NCBI RefSeq assembly: GCF_009834535.1
Contig: NC_045697.1
Coordinates: forward strand, 56,360,001-56,424,000
Direction: 5' to 3'
Source of the DNA: Camelus ferus
Taxonomy: Eukaryota
DNA length: 64,000 nt
The stretch's first letter is position 1. Every line of letters starts with the position of its first letter. The notes beneath the pieces were generated by a model that did not search any database, was not told where the DNA came from, and saw only the letters and a list, made by a program, of their open reading frames with translations. This document shows positions 1 to 12,912 of the stretch, in pieces. The position numbers were made by a program, and so were the translations under genes.

Positions 1-246
1 ACCAGAAATTTACTTATTAAAAGCTATTATATGTCTTCATTAACTATAGATAGAAAAAAATCTGAATAGACTTATTTTGTGTTCTGTATTTTGAATTATT
101 TTTTCCTTGTTAGCATTTGTATATTTTTCTTCTATAAATGTGCTTTAAGGCTCAAAGATCTATTGGTTATGAGGTAATATTACAATATAATTTTTTAGGA
201 AAAATTTAAAATGTTACTTTTAATATTTGTGTTTTATGTATTTTAG

Positions 247-402
247 AGTATCTACTTTATTGGCAGAACATGGCCCACTGGGATCTGGGGCCTACAGATC
301 AGTGGGTGAATGGCTAGAAGCAATCAAAATGGGCCGATATACAGAGATTTTCATGGAAAATGGATACAGTTCAATGGACGCTGTGGCTCAGGTGACCTTG
401 GA
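247..402 (+). CDS. EPHA5: EPH receptor A5, penultimate coding exon (kinase-SAM linker and most of the SAM domain)
   Basis: Acceptor ...tattttag|A at 246/247 and donor GA|gtgagt at 402/403; 156 nt, phase 2-2. Translates (R)[51 protein letters not shown](E), matching the EphA5 SAM region as I recall it. Confidence 0.97.
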
Positions 403-745
403 GTGAGTAATTTTTTCTGATAATTTTTACATAATTGCTGGGGCGAGAAAACTTGTTCAGAAACCAATCTGGATGAGGTCAAGGGAAATCGGTTAACCTT
501 TGTCCCCATGTGGCAGCTTTCAAAGAAGCCTCTTTATTTTTAGCCTGTATTGTTAACAACTGCATGGTTTAATGCTACTTGTGGCCAGTATCTTTGCTGC
601 TTTGCTTCAAACAAATCACATTTGAGTATTCAAATAATTGGAATAACATCTCCTTGGCAAAATACTTGTACTTTGTGTTGTGGAAAAGATGTTTTCTTGA
701 CAAAGTCTTTATACTGGAACCTATGTTACATGAATGTAAATACAA

Positions 746-751
746 AATAAA
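746..751 (+). terminator. Candidate intronic polyadenylation signal
   Basis: AATAAA 746-751 with TGTA at 735, CA near 760-763 and GT-rich ttggtgtgg at 765-773; further AATAAA at 840 and 1016. Confidence 0.45.
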
Positions 752-3700
752 ACTGTAAGCACAATTGGTGTGGCTAGCCCTACAACAAAACACGTTCTCA
801 AAGTTTGGCAATGATGGATACCCAGGCAACAGCAGCTTAAATAAAGCTTCCCAGGCAGGAATCTTGTTTACTCTCTAAATGGTGCAACTTATATTCTTGC
901 AGTCCAAGGATATATTAAATCCTGCCTCTGATTTCTTATTTGGTACAATCTCAGTGGAACCAATTGTGCCCTTTTCTGTTTGCACGCTTAAGATAAAATT
1001 TATTAAATCTTATTAAATAAAAATCACTATAGTTAAAAATGGAATTCTTTAAGGTTGTAAGTTGTTTGTATTTTATTATATAATCTGTATGTGTAATTAT
1101 TTTAGCCTAATATTTGTTATTTGTGAAAATTAACTGTCATTATGGTGGTTAAATCTAGATTACATTAACATGAATGATGTTTTAACCTGTGACTATAATG
1201 ATAACTTACTTCAAATTACCTACCAATTCAAAGGTTAAAATATTGTTGTAAGGTTTAAAACATGGTAGAACATTCTAAAGCACTAAACCACAGTCCTCTT
1301 CCATTACTTCGCATCATATGAACACTTGAATGTGTGGTTCTCACCGTTTCCATCATGGCATTCTCTGGTTCTTTGAATTCACTGCCCATCCACACAAAAG
1401 GTAACAGGGTACCATCATTTATCACCAAATAATGTCACATTCTCAGCATTTCTCTTCTTTCTTTCTATAACTAAAAGGATCTAAAATCACCACTCAGCTT
1501 GCTGTCTTAATTTATTGAATCTCATTTTCACCATCATCACTAAATCATATCTATTTGGTGACACATATACTTTGCCCATTATTTCTCTGGACACTCAAAA
1601 ACTCGTTTGTGCTCTATTTAAAATAGTAAACAGAAAATTTTACTGATAATTTAAAACTATTTTTACATGATTGCTATTTAATTTTTCAGTAAAAAATGGT
1701 CATTTTAATTTATTAAAGTCATTTGTCATTTTATATTAAAATGATACTGTAGGTATTTCTTCTACCCGATGTCAGATTACTTGTAAATATATAATAAAAT
1801 TATTTGCATTAAACTATGTTTCTTTTTTTATTAAAATAGCACATATACATATATATGTTTATATCATTACTTTTTAGCTTCTCCCTACACAGAATAGTTA
1901 TAATCACCAATAATGGTTTTTTCATTAACTACCTGTCCTACTTTCTTTGGGGGCCCAAAATACTATAAATGTGTTGAATATTTTAGAATTATGGTTTCAG
2001 TTTTCCTTATTTCTTTTAATTCTTTTCTCTTTACTTTCCTGTGTACCCTTCTACCTCCAAACTCTCTCATCTTGTGTATTTTCTTTCAAGCCCTTAAAGC
2101 TTCGTCTGTCTTTGAGTGATGGTCTGCACCTCATCTCTATTCTCCAGTAATTTTTGTCCAGTCAGTTCTTCTCTACTTGGTTCAATTTCTTCTCTCTGTT
2201 TCTGTTACTTTGGTAGCTTGCTGTCTCCTGCTATATTGCCTCCTTTCAAATATTTTGTTTTAATTTATTTACTCTGACCGAAAGAGTAAGGTAAAATTAA
2301 AAGACTTCCCAACATCTTCCTGTTCAGAGAACGTTGGTCTCCATGTGTCAATTGCTTCAGTTTCCTGGGACCATATATTCCTTACTAGGAATGGAGCCAG
2401 CCAACCTTAACTCCAGTGAAGCTGATTTCTTGAAGGATCCAACACCTTTTAAGTATATGTCCTCTTGTTCATTGGGTTTCTGACCACATTTTTTCCCTGT
2501 TAGTAAGAAGATATTTATCAAAATATTTTGTGTTAAATAACTCACAAAATGGTGGGTAATCAGTTACTTGTTTGGTCAGGAATATAAGAAAAAAATTATC
2601 TGAGCACTTTGTGTGCCCTTCACGAAAAAAGTCAGTCATTATTAAAGATTATGGCAAAGGAACTAAGATATCAGTAAAGAAATACAAATGCTTAAATACT
2701 TAGGTAATGACTTCTTTACACATGGTCTTTGCCCATATCTAACTATTAATTTTATGTGCGATACTATAATAAAATAAAATATTAGTGCCAGTGTTATTGC
2801 CAGAGTATAACAGAAACTGAGAACCAGAAGAATATATTTATAAATGCTTAGAAAAACTGAAATTAATTAATATAAAGCAAAAGATCAAACTGTTATATAC
2901 TTATATACGTAAAACATGTTATAACTTGTGCCATCAAATTTATTCTTGTGGTGGGTTTAAAATAAGGAAGAGTAAAAAATTAAAATTTTTCATAACCCCA
3001 TACTTTGTTAAAAATTTCCATCAGAAAAGTTTAATTTTATTTCTGTTTTTTTGCCAGCACATATATATATGGCTTGATGTGGAATAGAAATGAAGAATTT
3101 CGAGATCTTAGAGTTAAAAATGTGTTCAGTGAAAGTGGCTTCCAACCTTAGATGTTTCCGTCTGCGTTCTCTATGCCTAAGCATTGCTATTCTGTGTTCG
3201 GTATTCATATTAGAACAATTATTGTAGCAGTAATGGCTCAACCTGTACTATGGGGTTTAAGTGCAGTGAGTTATGGACAGGGGAAACTGTGAGTTTGAGG
3301 TGAGTTGCGAATTGAATCCAAAGATCTGAATAAAGAACAGTATTACAGCTGCTTTTTAAACCTTGTGTCACACTAGTACTGTCAACTTTTGATTATTCAC
3401 AAAGGGAGCCAAATCCAGTGAATTTAAATGTTATACCAATTGTGTGTAAGCTGAAGAGTTTCCTAATAGTAATCATTTACTAAAATGGGGTCTTAAAATA
3501 TGAAAAGGAAAGTGTCACATATCTAGAGCCAAACTTTGTGCACACTAATTTAAATAAAATCTAAATTACTAATAAAGTCATTATGCATAATTTATTGTAC
3601 ACTTAAAATACGCATAGGAGTACTTATTATCCTCTGTGTTCTGCATAGTTAAGCTAAAGCTTGTAGTCTAACTCCCACAAGTTCTCATCCATTGAAAATC

Positions 3701-5317
3701 ATGACCAGGTCACAGTTAAGTCTTCTTTGGCCAAATGTAGATATATATAAATGTATGTATATATATTTATCTTGTACAGTACATGTATAATGATTATCAG
3801 GATTCTTCTAAGTGAACCCCAAAATTCTAAACATATAACTATGTGATAAAACTCTGACAAAAAGAATAAACACTGCAATTTAGTGAATATTCATTAATCT
3901 CTACTCTCCCTTCTTCTATCCAGCCAGTGTCGGTGGGGCTAAATACCAGTGATCTGGCTAAACGGCGTGTAAAGCAGAAGGGAGAAGGATGAGTAAGGGA
4001 GCGATTCCCCTCCAAATGGATGTATGGCATCCTGAATAATCAAGAGTTGGCTGCAACATCAATTAAACACCTCTTGTTATACCCTACTTTTCATTCTGCC
4101 ATTTTAACACCATAAAGCAGTGTTTTTCATTATTTAATATTATGGAATAGCACTTGAAAAAATGCTGAAATGTCATCACAACAATGGCAATTCATTATTT
4201 TGGCAGCTTTTCTAAAACTAAGTGTGCCTTGTTGACAAAACTCAAATTACTTTTTATGTAACAATATGATTCTTATCATGTTTAGATTCATAAGCCTATG
4301 CTGAAAAATAGTTTATCACCATTAAAATTGGCTTTGGGTATTACTTAAGATTACACGTGGTCATGGTAAAATTAGTATATTTGGAAAGGGGACACACCTC
4401 AAATTTTGCCTAGCTATAAAAATTCCTATATAGAAAAATGAAATGAGTAAAATAGCACATCTTAAGACATTTTCAATTTTCTTTTCAAAAATCATTGTAA
4501 ATAGAGCAGCACCTTCAGCATGAAATGTAAAATATTTAATTTTTATCAAATTTCTCTCACACTATTACTGCTAAATTGACCATTTAATATGTACTTTAAG
4601 GAATAAAGTGGACATTGTTGGAAATCACAAAAAAGTAAGACAACAACATAAAAGAAAATACTTTAATGCATCTATCAATATTAGAATAAAGTTAACCTTT
4701 ACTAGAAACATTTTTCTAATACCATTTTAATTCTCATTCATAATTTCATTAGAAAAATATAAATGGGATTCTTAAAGAAACTACTTTGCTGCTGAGAACA
4801 AGTTTAACTTGCATAAATGATCTTATTTCTCTCCCACTTCTTCACTGATAATCACATTGTATAAAGTTATATGTACATTTCATGCATTATGGTCATGCTG
4901 TTTTCTAAATCTCTTCATATTAATTTGACAGCTTTTGAAATGACAGGTCAGAATTAAAAAACAGCAGCATTCCATTAAAGACACATAATTTATGACAGTA
5001 TGTAAAACTCAATGCTGTATGTTTATAATTCTGTTTATCCCATGGAAAGAGAGGTAGAGGTGGGAAGTGAGGTGGAAGAAGAAGGGGGATGGAAAGACAG
5101 AGAAGTCCAGAGGCCTGACCTTCCATATGAATCTTAGGACAATCAGATCATAAGCTGACCCTGAAATAAAATTTTACATTTGGGAAAATTTAAATAAATT
5201 TAACTTAAAATCTAGAAATATGAAATGTTCTGAAGGACAGGTTTTATTTGTCTATAAACACAAACTCTATAACTGTGTTTGTTAATCAAATACAATTCCT
5301 CAAAACATTCCTTCTTT

Positions 5318-5501
5318 TTAAAAAAAAAAAGTTTTATTAAAGTTCAGTCAATTTACAATGTTCTGTTAATTTCTGGTACACAGCATAGTGATTCAGTTAT
5401 ATATATGCATATATATTCCTTTTCCTATTCTTTCTCATAGGCCATTACAAGATATTGAATATAGTTCCCAGTGCTATCCAGGAGAACCCTGTTGTTTATC
5501 T
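5318..5501 (-). mobile_element. 5'-truncated L1 3' end (artiodactyl-type) with 16-bp TSD
   Basis: Reverse L1 3'UTR motif (tttacaatgtt...cagcatagtgattcagttat...gatattgaatatagttccc.gtgcta); TSD aaaacattc(c/a)ttcttt at 5302-5317 and 5502-5517. Confidence 0.85.
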
Positions 5502-5705
5502 AAAACATTCATTCTTTAGCATGATATATATGTCACAAAAAAATTAAATTCTCAAAGCACTGAACGAGACTCTTATGGTCAAGTTATTTTCAAAGAATGA
5601 AGTTACGTTTACATGTAATATAATAACAAGACAGTGGAAACAAAAATAAACCAAACTAGTGATCTAATAGGAGTTGGACAAAACAACCAAGAGTTGGAAT
5701 ATGGG

Positions 5706-5735
5706 ACACACACACACACACACACGCGCACACAC
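5706..5735. repeat. (CA)n microsatellite with CGCG interruption
   Basis: Seen directly. Confidence 0.95.
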
Positions 5736-6369
5736 TTCATGTTTTTGTATTGTATATGCAGAATCATTGCTGTGTGAGCGAGAAAAACCTATAAAATTTC
5801 TTCAGATCTTTCAGGATAAACTGTAATAGCTATTTCCAAAAACTCATTCGTAATAATTGGATTAGCCATTTGAATTGTGCAGTGTAAGTACGTATATGTT
5901 AAATCAGTACTTTCAAACTTGAATTTGTCAGGGTCACTTGTGGGTTTATAAAGCATACAATAAAGCATATGTTTTAACCTTCATTTCAAGTACTAATTAT
6001 TTACATTCTCTAGTAGATTTCTCTCAGGATAAGAAATTTTAGTCTCTCTTCTCCTGACTTAGGTCCAAAGTCTGGTAGTGAGCATCCGTGAATGCCCATA
6101 TCTTCACAGTTCTTCATGATGCAAAAGTTACATGTGGAAACATGAGAGTATTAGCTGGCCCATAACTGAAATTGCCCTGAAGTATAGATTAGGTTACCAT
6201 AGCTTCAGTCAAAGATGTATATGTTGGGTTTCCTTCATTAGATACCTTCTTTCTTTTAGAATTTTGGACATTTGATGTTTTATCTACAGAGTTCTCATTT
6301 TGCAGATGAATAGATAATTGCATGCAATTTAAAGTTCTTTGCTCAAAATTATATCTCAGAGAAATGAGA

Positions 6370-6525
6370 AATTAAGAGTATGGACTTTTGTCTCAGGTTC
6401 CTGGTTTTAGTCCCAGCTTTGCTAAGACTAGCTGTGGTATTTAGCCAAGGGATTTAAGTTCTCTAAGACCTTGTGTCCTCATCCATAAAAGGAGATTAAC
6501 AAATATCTGTATCATAAGGTTATAT
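6370..6525 (+). mobile_element. MIR SINE
   Basis: Core motif tcccagctttgct...gctgtg...ttaagttctct...cctcatccataaaa. Confidence 0.7.
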
Positions 6526-6579
6526 ATTTTCCTAGCATATACCAAGAAGAAGTCTTGTCACCTATTTTTATATTTATAG

Positions 6580-6790
6580 CAGTGGTTCTCAATGAGTGGA
6601 AAATTTTCCACTCGGGACATTTGGCAATGTCTGGAGACATCTTGTCACAACAAAGGGCCAGGGGCTGCACAGCACTTCTGGTATTTACTGGGAAGAGGTC
6701 AGGGATGCTGCTAGATGTCCTACAATGCACAGGGTCGCCCCTACAACAAAAAATTATCCAGGCAGTGATGTTAACAGGGCAAGGCCCTGA
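6580..6790. mobile_element. MER20 (hAT-Charlie non-autonomous DNA transposon)
   Basis: cagtggttctcaa start; gggacatttggcaatgtctggagacat; gggatgctgcta...cctacaatgcacagg. Confidence 0.88.
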
Positions 6791-8316
6791 TTTCATTGAA
6801 AAGACACAAGATTGAACCCAAGCTTTTTTTATTCCTGTGTTAGCTTGTAATTAGTTATTTTATACTCTATTCATAACTAACAATGTTGATTTTGTTTTCA
6901 AACTGAAATTTTAGTGGTTTTTAAGTTTTGCTGATGATTGTCTTCTGAACCTACCATTATTATTTTTTATTTGGTACTCTGGTGTTTAATAACTTCTAAG
7001 TTTAATGTTCAATATTTACATTTTAAGAAAGAAATATGCTTCCACCATTGGTATCCATTGCTTTTTTTTTAGTGATTTGCCATTTGCTAAAACTCTCATA
7101 AAAAATTGAGAGCATAAAAAGAAAAGGACACCTAAGATATTATTTAAATAGACAATTATTTCCAATACTAATACATATGGAGCTTAAATACCCATTTATT
7201 TAATTTTTACACTCTGATAATTAAGATTTCTTTGAACTTCCAAAGCTATTCAATTTTACATGTTATGATCCTAGTGTCATTGTATCCAATTCTAAAGAAT
7301 TCCAAAACTATCTGAAATAAATACATTTACTAAGTGCAAAAATATTCTACTTTTCACATAATGTGTTCAATAGAGTAATTATCTAAAGAAATCTAACATA
7401 GTAAACATCTTTGTCATTTAAAAATCTTGAATTTCTCCTGCTCTTTTTTTATAATTAATGTTATCATTTGTCAAACATTCCTGCATCATTATATTTGCCA
7501 AGTGCATATTTTGGGAAAATAGAATTCCTGAGCATCCTGTGAAATAACATTTAAAAACCATGAGCACTGGCCTTGAGCTCCTTGAGTTGAGGAAACTAAA
7601 CATTTGTAACTTCCTTTTGAATAATAGGATTGTTTAAAAGAAGCAATATTAAAGCATCTTGGTTAAAAAGACTTCTTGATAGCGTGTACTCTTCAGAATG
7701 CTCTAAATGCCGACAGAGCCTAGATGTATTTGGTAAAGGAAGAAAGCGCTGCTACTTTGGATTCCAAGTAAAAACTAAAACATTTGTAAGTGTTACAAGA
7801 GCAATGGAGTGTTATTATCCCCTAAAGATATCTGTTATATAAAATGATTGTGCTGACTGAGTCATTTGAAAAGTTTGGTCTTCAACTAACTGCTTAGCTA
7901 TGAAATTTTCTTAAGTGTATTTTATGCTTACTTCTTTTAGCAAAAAGAAAAAGTACTTGTTCATATTGTAGGTCCACATTTTCAGAACCGTTCAATGAAA
8001 TTGTACCCTTTAATTTAAACATTTATCAGTGAGCATATGCAAATTTGTTTTTCACCACTCTCTGCCACCAAAACCATCATGTCCAGAAAGGGGGGCAAAT
8101 AAATATCACTCTTGTGATAAATATTTCTGTGACTGCAAACAGATTTTCAGGTACAATTTTAGAGCCTGCTTTTGAAAATTGGACCCTGTATGTCTAAATT
8201 GGGACTGTAATCTAATTAGTTTCTGCAAAATGTTTGCTTCTTTGCCAGCGTGAAATGTTGAGGTATGCTACAAATTGAATCAATACATACATCCAATGTG
8301 TGCTTTCTTCATGCAG

Positions 8317-8422
8317 GGATTTGAGACGACTTGGAGTGACTCTTGTCGGTCACCAGAAGAAGATTATGAACAGCCTTCAAGAAATGAAGGTGCAGCTGGT
8401 CAACGGGATGGTGCCGTTGTAA
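8317..8422 (+). CDS. EPHA5: EPH receptor A5, last coding exon (end of SAM domain, C-terminal PDZ-type motif, stop)
   Basis: Translates (E)[37 protein letters not shown] at 8420-8422; typical Eph SAM '[11 protein letters not shown]' motif. Confidence 0.97.
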
Positions 8423-11400
8423 CTTTCTTTTATTGTCACTTCGTCAAGTGAATGATTCTGCACTTTGTAAACAAGCCCTGAGATTTATTTTAACAAAAAA
8501 AGGGGGGAAAAAGGGAAAACTCAGTGATTTCTAAACCTTAAAAGAGCATTTGTTTCAGCCACAGAATTTGTAATCAGTGTTTTACTAAAATCTCTTTATC
8601 TTCCTCTCAGTGTCTTCATTTTTTCATGAAGCAAGTGTAACCTGCGTAGGATACGAACATGAGGTTAAACCTTATCTTATATTACAACAGCAAAGTCCTT
8701 CTCACTACTACAAATTTTATACAGGAAATATATAAGTATATATAGCACCTTTATAGACTGAATTAAGGCAGCCCCTTTCAAAACTTCCAAGAATCTACTT
8801 GAAAGGAAAATTTTATAGCCATTTGTGGCCTAACACAAGCTGCAATTTACTGACGTTTACTTCAAGTCTTAATTGTCTACGTAAGTGTATTGAAGAGCAA
8901 TATGGTTAGATAATTTCTAAATAGAGATCTTCTTTTGTAATTTTAAATGCTGTTACACAGCGTTAAGTTATAGAAACCAGTGTATAAACATTGCTTGATC
9001 AAGGACAAGTTCAATACAGGGTGTATATTTATTTTTCTGTGTTATAAAATTTACGTTTAGTTGCTCTTCTAGAAACTACTAGGTAATCAATGTATATATA
9101 CTGTATAATTTGCTATATACCCAGGAATCAATTTAAGTTGTAGTTTTGTGTGTGTGAGTGCACGCGCGCACATATGCATATTACCATTCTGCTTGCAACG
9201 TTAATAGTGTTTTCATTTAGCAACATCTGGAACAAGTGTTCCCGAGTAGAATAGGAATAGGAGAAATAAGGAAGTGGTCAAACAAAATTCAACACAGGCT
9301 CATGTCTTTTTTTTCTCTCATGCGTCCAAAAGCTACTAAATCTCCTTATTCACTAACAGGAAATTTCTATAAGACTAAATCCCTTTTAGCGTTTTAAAAA
9401 CTCTTTCTGATATCTGTGACAATGCGGTTCTTCTGGCCATTAATCTTGCACCACTGTAAGAAATTTCACCTTTCTGAGTCCCAGAAAATATCTCGTCAAG
9501 CAAAGTTGACTCCGAAGGGCACATTTTCAGCAGGATGTAGAAGGATTTAACTGTGCGGACTTCTGTTAATGTTGTTAAATCCAGCACATGGCACCAAGCG
9601 TTACCCCTAAGTGTTAATCCTTTGTAACCATTCCCCTTGTTGCTCAGCTCTAGAAATTTTGATACTAAAGCAGCAATGGAATGATGACAAATATGTATAT
9701 TTTTTTCCCTTTAGAATTGTCTCTATATCAAGACTTGACAATTTTTATTTGTTGTTTATTCATTTGATAATTTCATCTTGTGTTCAGCTATATCAAATTG
9801 ACTCTGTTTTGATGAGCCAATCCAAAGTATTATTTAATTGGCCTTATTAAGAAATATATGTCCTACAAACATTCTATATACCACCCTTGGTGAAGACTGA
9901 CATTTGTGGTACAAATTAAACAGTTTATTAGAACTTGAACAAAACTGAGCTCCTTGGTGAAATAACCAAGTTTTTTGTATTATTACACTGTATAAATTAT
10001 GGAATGACATGATTATTCAAGGAGCACAGCATGTAAACAAAATACAGCCTACTTACGATTATCAATGGCAGTAGTGTATTGGAGTAGCCTGCATCAGGGA
10101 CATCCATAGGGAATATACCTGCACTATATTGTTGGTACTCCCTCTCTCTTTCCCAAGCACCTGTTTCAGTTGAATGTTAGCATATACAAGAAGAAACTTT
10201 GGGGACATAACTTCTACTCTGTCCACTTTTTACTTAAGTAGCTCTTTACTAAAGAATGAGGGTGGGGGGAAAGGAAAAGAAAATGTTTAAAACAATTTGC
10301 AAATGCTATATTGAGTCTTGTCCAATTAGGGGTATAATTCCTTATTGGGTCTATAGTGTAACAAGGAATCCACACAAACTAAATGCTAGTATACTCTGTT
10401 AACTGACGTTCCCATAGAAAACAGAGAGAGATGGATTTAACTTTGTCTTGATAAAATCACAAGTAAACAGGCATCACCATGATTAAAGATGCATTTGTTC
10501 ATTTCAGGAAGCATAAAAGTAACTAAACTAATTTCTTTTGTACAAAATAGTTGGAGATTGTGTTGCATTTATTGAATTTTGTAAAAACCAATCAAATCTA
10601 ACAATTGAGAAACTTCAAATTAAGAATAGATTTATTGATTTAAGAGAAGCTATCGTAAATTTTAGAGCTGACAGACTGGCCACAATACTTATACATCATA
10701 AATATATTTAAGTTGTTTTCCAGACTTACATGTTCAAAGATGATTGGGAGGTCAGGATGGATGGAGTATGTTGGAGTGATTAAAATTTGAAGTTACAGTA
10801 TAGATTTCCTCTTTTTCACTAAAGAACATTATAACTTAATTTGGATTCAATTTATTTGCTTCCTTTGCAGCTTTGGTGTATATTTTGGACAGTAGATTGA
10901 GATGAAAGTTAAACAGACACATAGCTTTCATCCATATCTCACTTTGGTTGAGAATTTTCTAAGGAATGTCCATATGATTTGAGAAGAGGTATTCCTCCGC
11001 CCCAAAAGAGGAAAGATTTCCTTTCAAAAACATGTGTTCACCACTGGATATGTCACCAATTGGGAAGTGCCAATCTCATCTATGAATGTGAGAAGTGGAA
11101 TAAAGAGACAGGCAGCTTTTACGATATGCAGTGAGGCAGTGATCCGGGGCAAGGTTTGACAAATCTTGATTGTGTGATTTCTTATCCTCTTGCTTCATAT
11201 TGTCACCTACCAGACAACTAAAAATAAAATATAGATTCAGTAATTTTAGTACGAAAGATGGATTTGTCAAATTAAACATAATGTTATTTTAACTATTAGT
11301 AGCAATACCTTTAGGGCATAAGTCTTTCTCGGCGTTTAACTTAGAAAAATAGGCACAAGCAAGGAGTAATTTTCAACTTACTGACACCTGTTGAAGTCAC

Positions 11401-12912
11401 TCAATTACTACTTCTATCAATTATAATTTGTTTCCTAATCTCGCCATTTTCTCATGACATATAGTTATTCTTCTTGGCCATTGAAATGTATGAATTGTAT
11501 GTAAAAATGTAAAAACTTTGATTTTTCCCATTTAAAAAAATGAATGTGCATGGTCTTTTATTTCTTGTATTTGATTCACTAAGTCAGTGTTCTAAAGTTG
11601 TAGGATAACTGTAAAAATTATATTCCAATATTCTATCTAAACTTTAATGTGGCCAGCATTAGTAGTTTCAGAGTTGCCAAAACAATGCAGAACATCCTTA
11701 ACTCAGTATGTAGAAGAGTTTTAACCAGTGTGCAATGATGAAGAAATAGTTTCCTATCTCAAGTTTAAAATGGAAAATTAATATCAGTTGAGCACTTAGT
11801 GTATTTGCATGTCTGCTATCTAACCTCCACGTGAAAGTTAAAGATTTTTTTAACACCATTCTTTCTCCCATTTAAAGTGGGTTTTCAGAAGCACAAGCAG
11901 AGATATTTACCTGTGGAAGAAATTTTGGGCTGTAATTGTGCATTGAATGGCAAAAGCCATTTGAGTCAGATGTTAGAAATTTACTAGATGTATGATGTTG
12001 CATAGTGGAATAAGATCCTTTTCTCATTTTGTTCCTTCTGAAAATAAGAAGAAAGAAAGCTAAATATGATAGTAAATTGTCTTTGCTTATGTCCTGCCAG
12101 ATGTTTAACCTCAAAATAAATTAAGAAGTAGGTACAATAAGATGATGATGATGATAATGAATAAACAAAGTGCTAGTTTTATTTGAAATTAATAACTAGT
12201 CATCATTTTTTCAACTCTGTAGCACAGCTGGTTACATTGAATATTTTTCTCTATTATGCTGTTAATTATATAGTAATGTATCAAAGCAGAAATAGATAAG
12301 AAGTTTCTTTTTATTTCTTGTTCATTTATGAAAAAGTCTTTTAACACATAAATGATTGAATGTTCTTGTTCAAAATGACCACATAATTATTGCTTAGGAG
12401 AAGACACCAATTCCTTAAAAAAAAAAAAGAGTCCGTTTATAATAATCAGAATCAAATGTCATTTGTCTCTTTTAAATGTAAATGAAAAAAATTGAAGGTG
12501 GCAAAATATGTCATGTTTATTCAAGCTGGGCTATATTATCAGTAGAAGTTTCAGTGGTCAAAATGTTTGTGCATATTTAGACTGCTATAGTTTTACAATT
12601 ACTTATTTTAAAGTGTGTAAATTTCATTTATAAAGAATTAAAAGCTAGACTCAGTCATTTGTTAATCTGTTTATTGAAATGTTTTCGTTTCAGGCAGGTC
12701 AGAAGCAGCTGTATAACGAATCTTATTCTCTGTTAGGCATGGGGACATCTCAAGTCCCTGCCTCAGTGTTAATTCAAGGAAGAATCAGCATTTCTGTATT
12801 TTTTCCCCATTTGAAGCTCTATGTGCATTTGGTTTGTGTACATGTTTTTGTAGTGTAAGATACGAAATTTTATATTTTTTCAGAAAATAAAAAAAAAGAC
12901 TTTGAATACAGT
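8423..12912 (+). other. EPHA5: EPHA5 3' UTR (~4.5 kb, no obvious interspersed repeats, AU-rich)
   Basis: Follows the stop codon; no obvious interspersed repeats until ~13.7 kb; ends at an AATAAA preceded by several TGTA motifs. The 3' end is inferred. Confidence 0.7.
12886..12891 (+). terminator. Probable distal polyadenylation signal of EPHA5
   Basis: AATAAA with upstream TGTA/U-rich elements (12837-12880); candidate cleavage CA ~18 nt downstream (12909-12910). Confidence 0.65.

Larger units (their letters stand above)
403..8316 (+). other. EPHA5: Final EPHA5 intron (GT-AG, 7914 nt)
   Basis: GTGAGT donor at 403; pyrimidine tract and CAG acceptor (tgctttcttcatgcag) ending 8316. Joining GA+G restores a Glu codon in frame. 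Confidence 0.95.
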
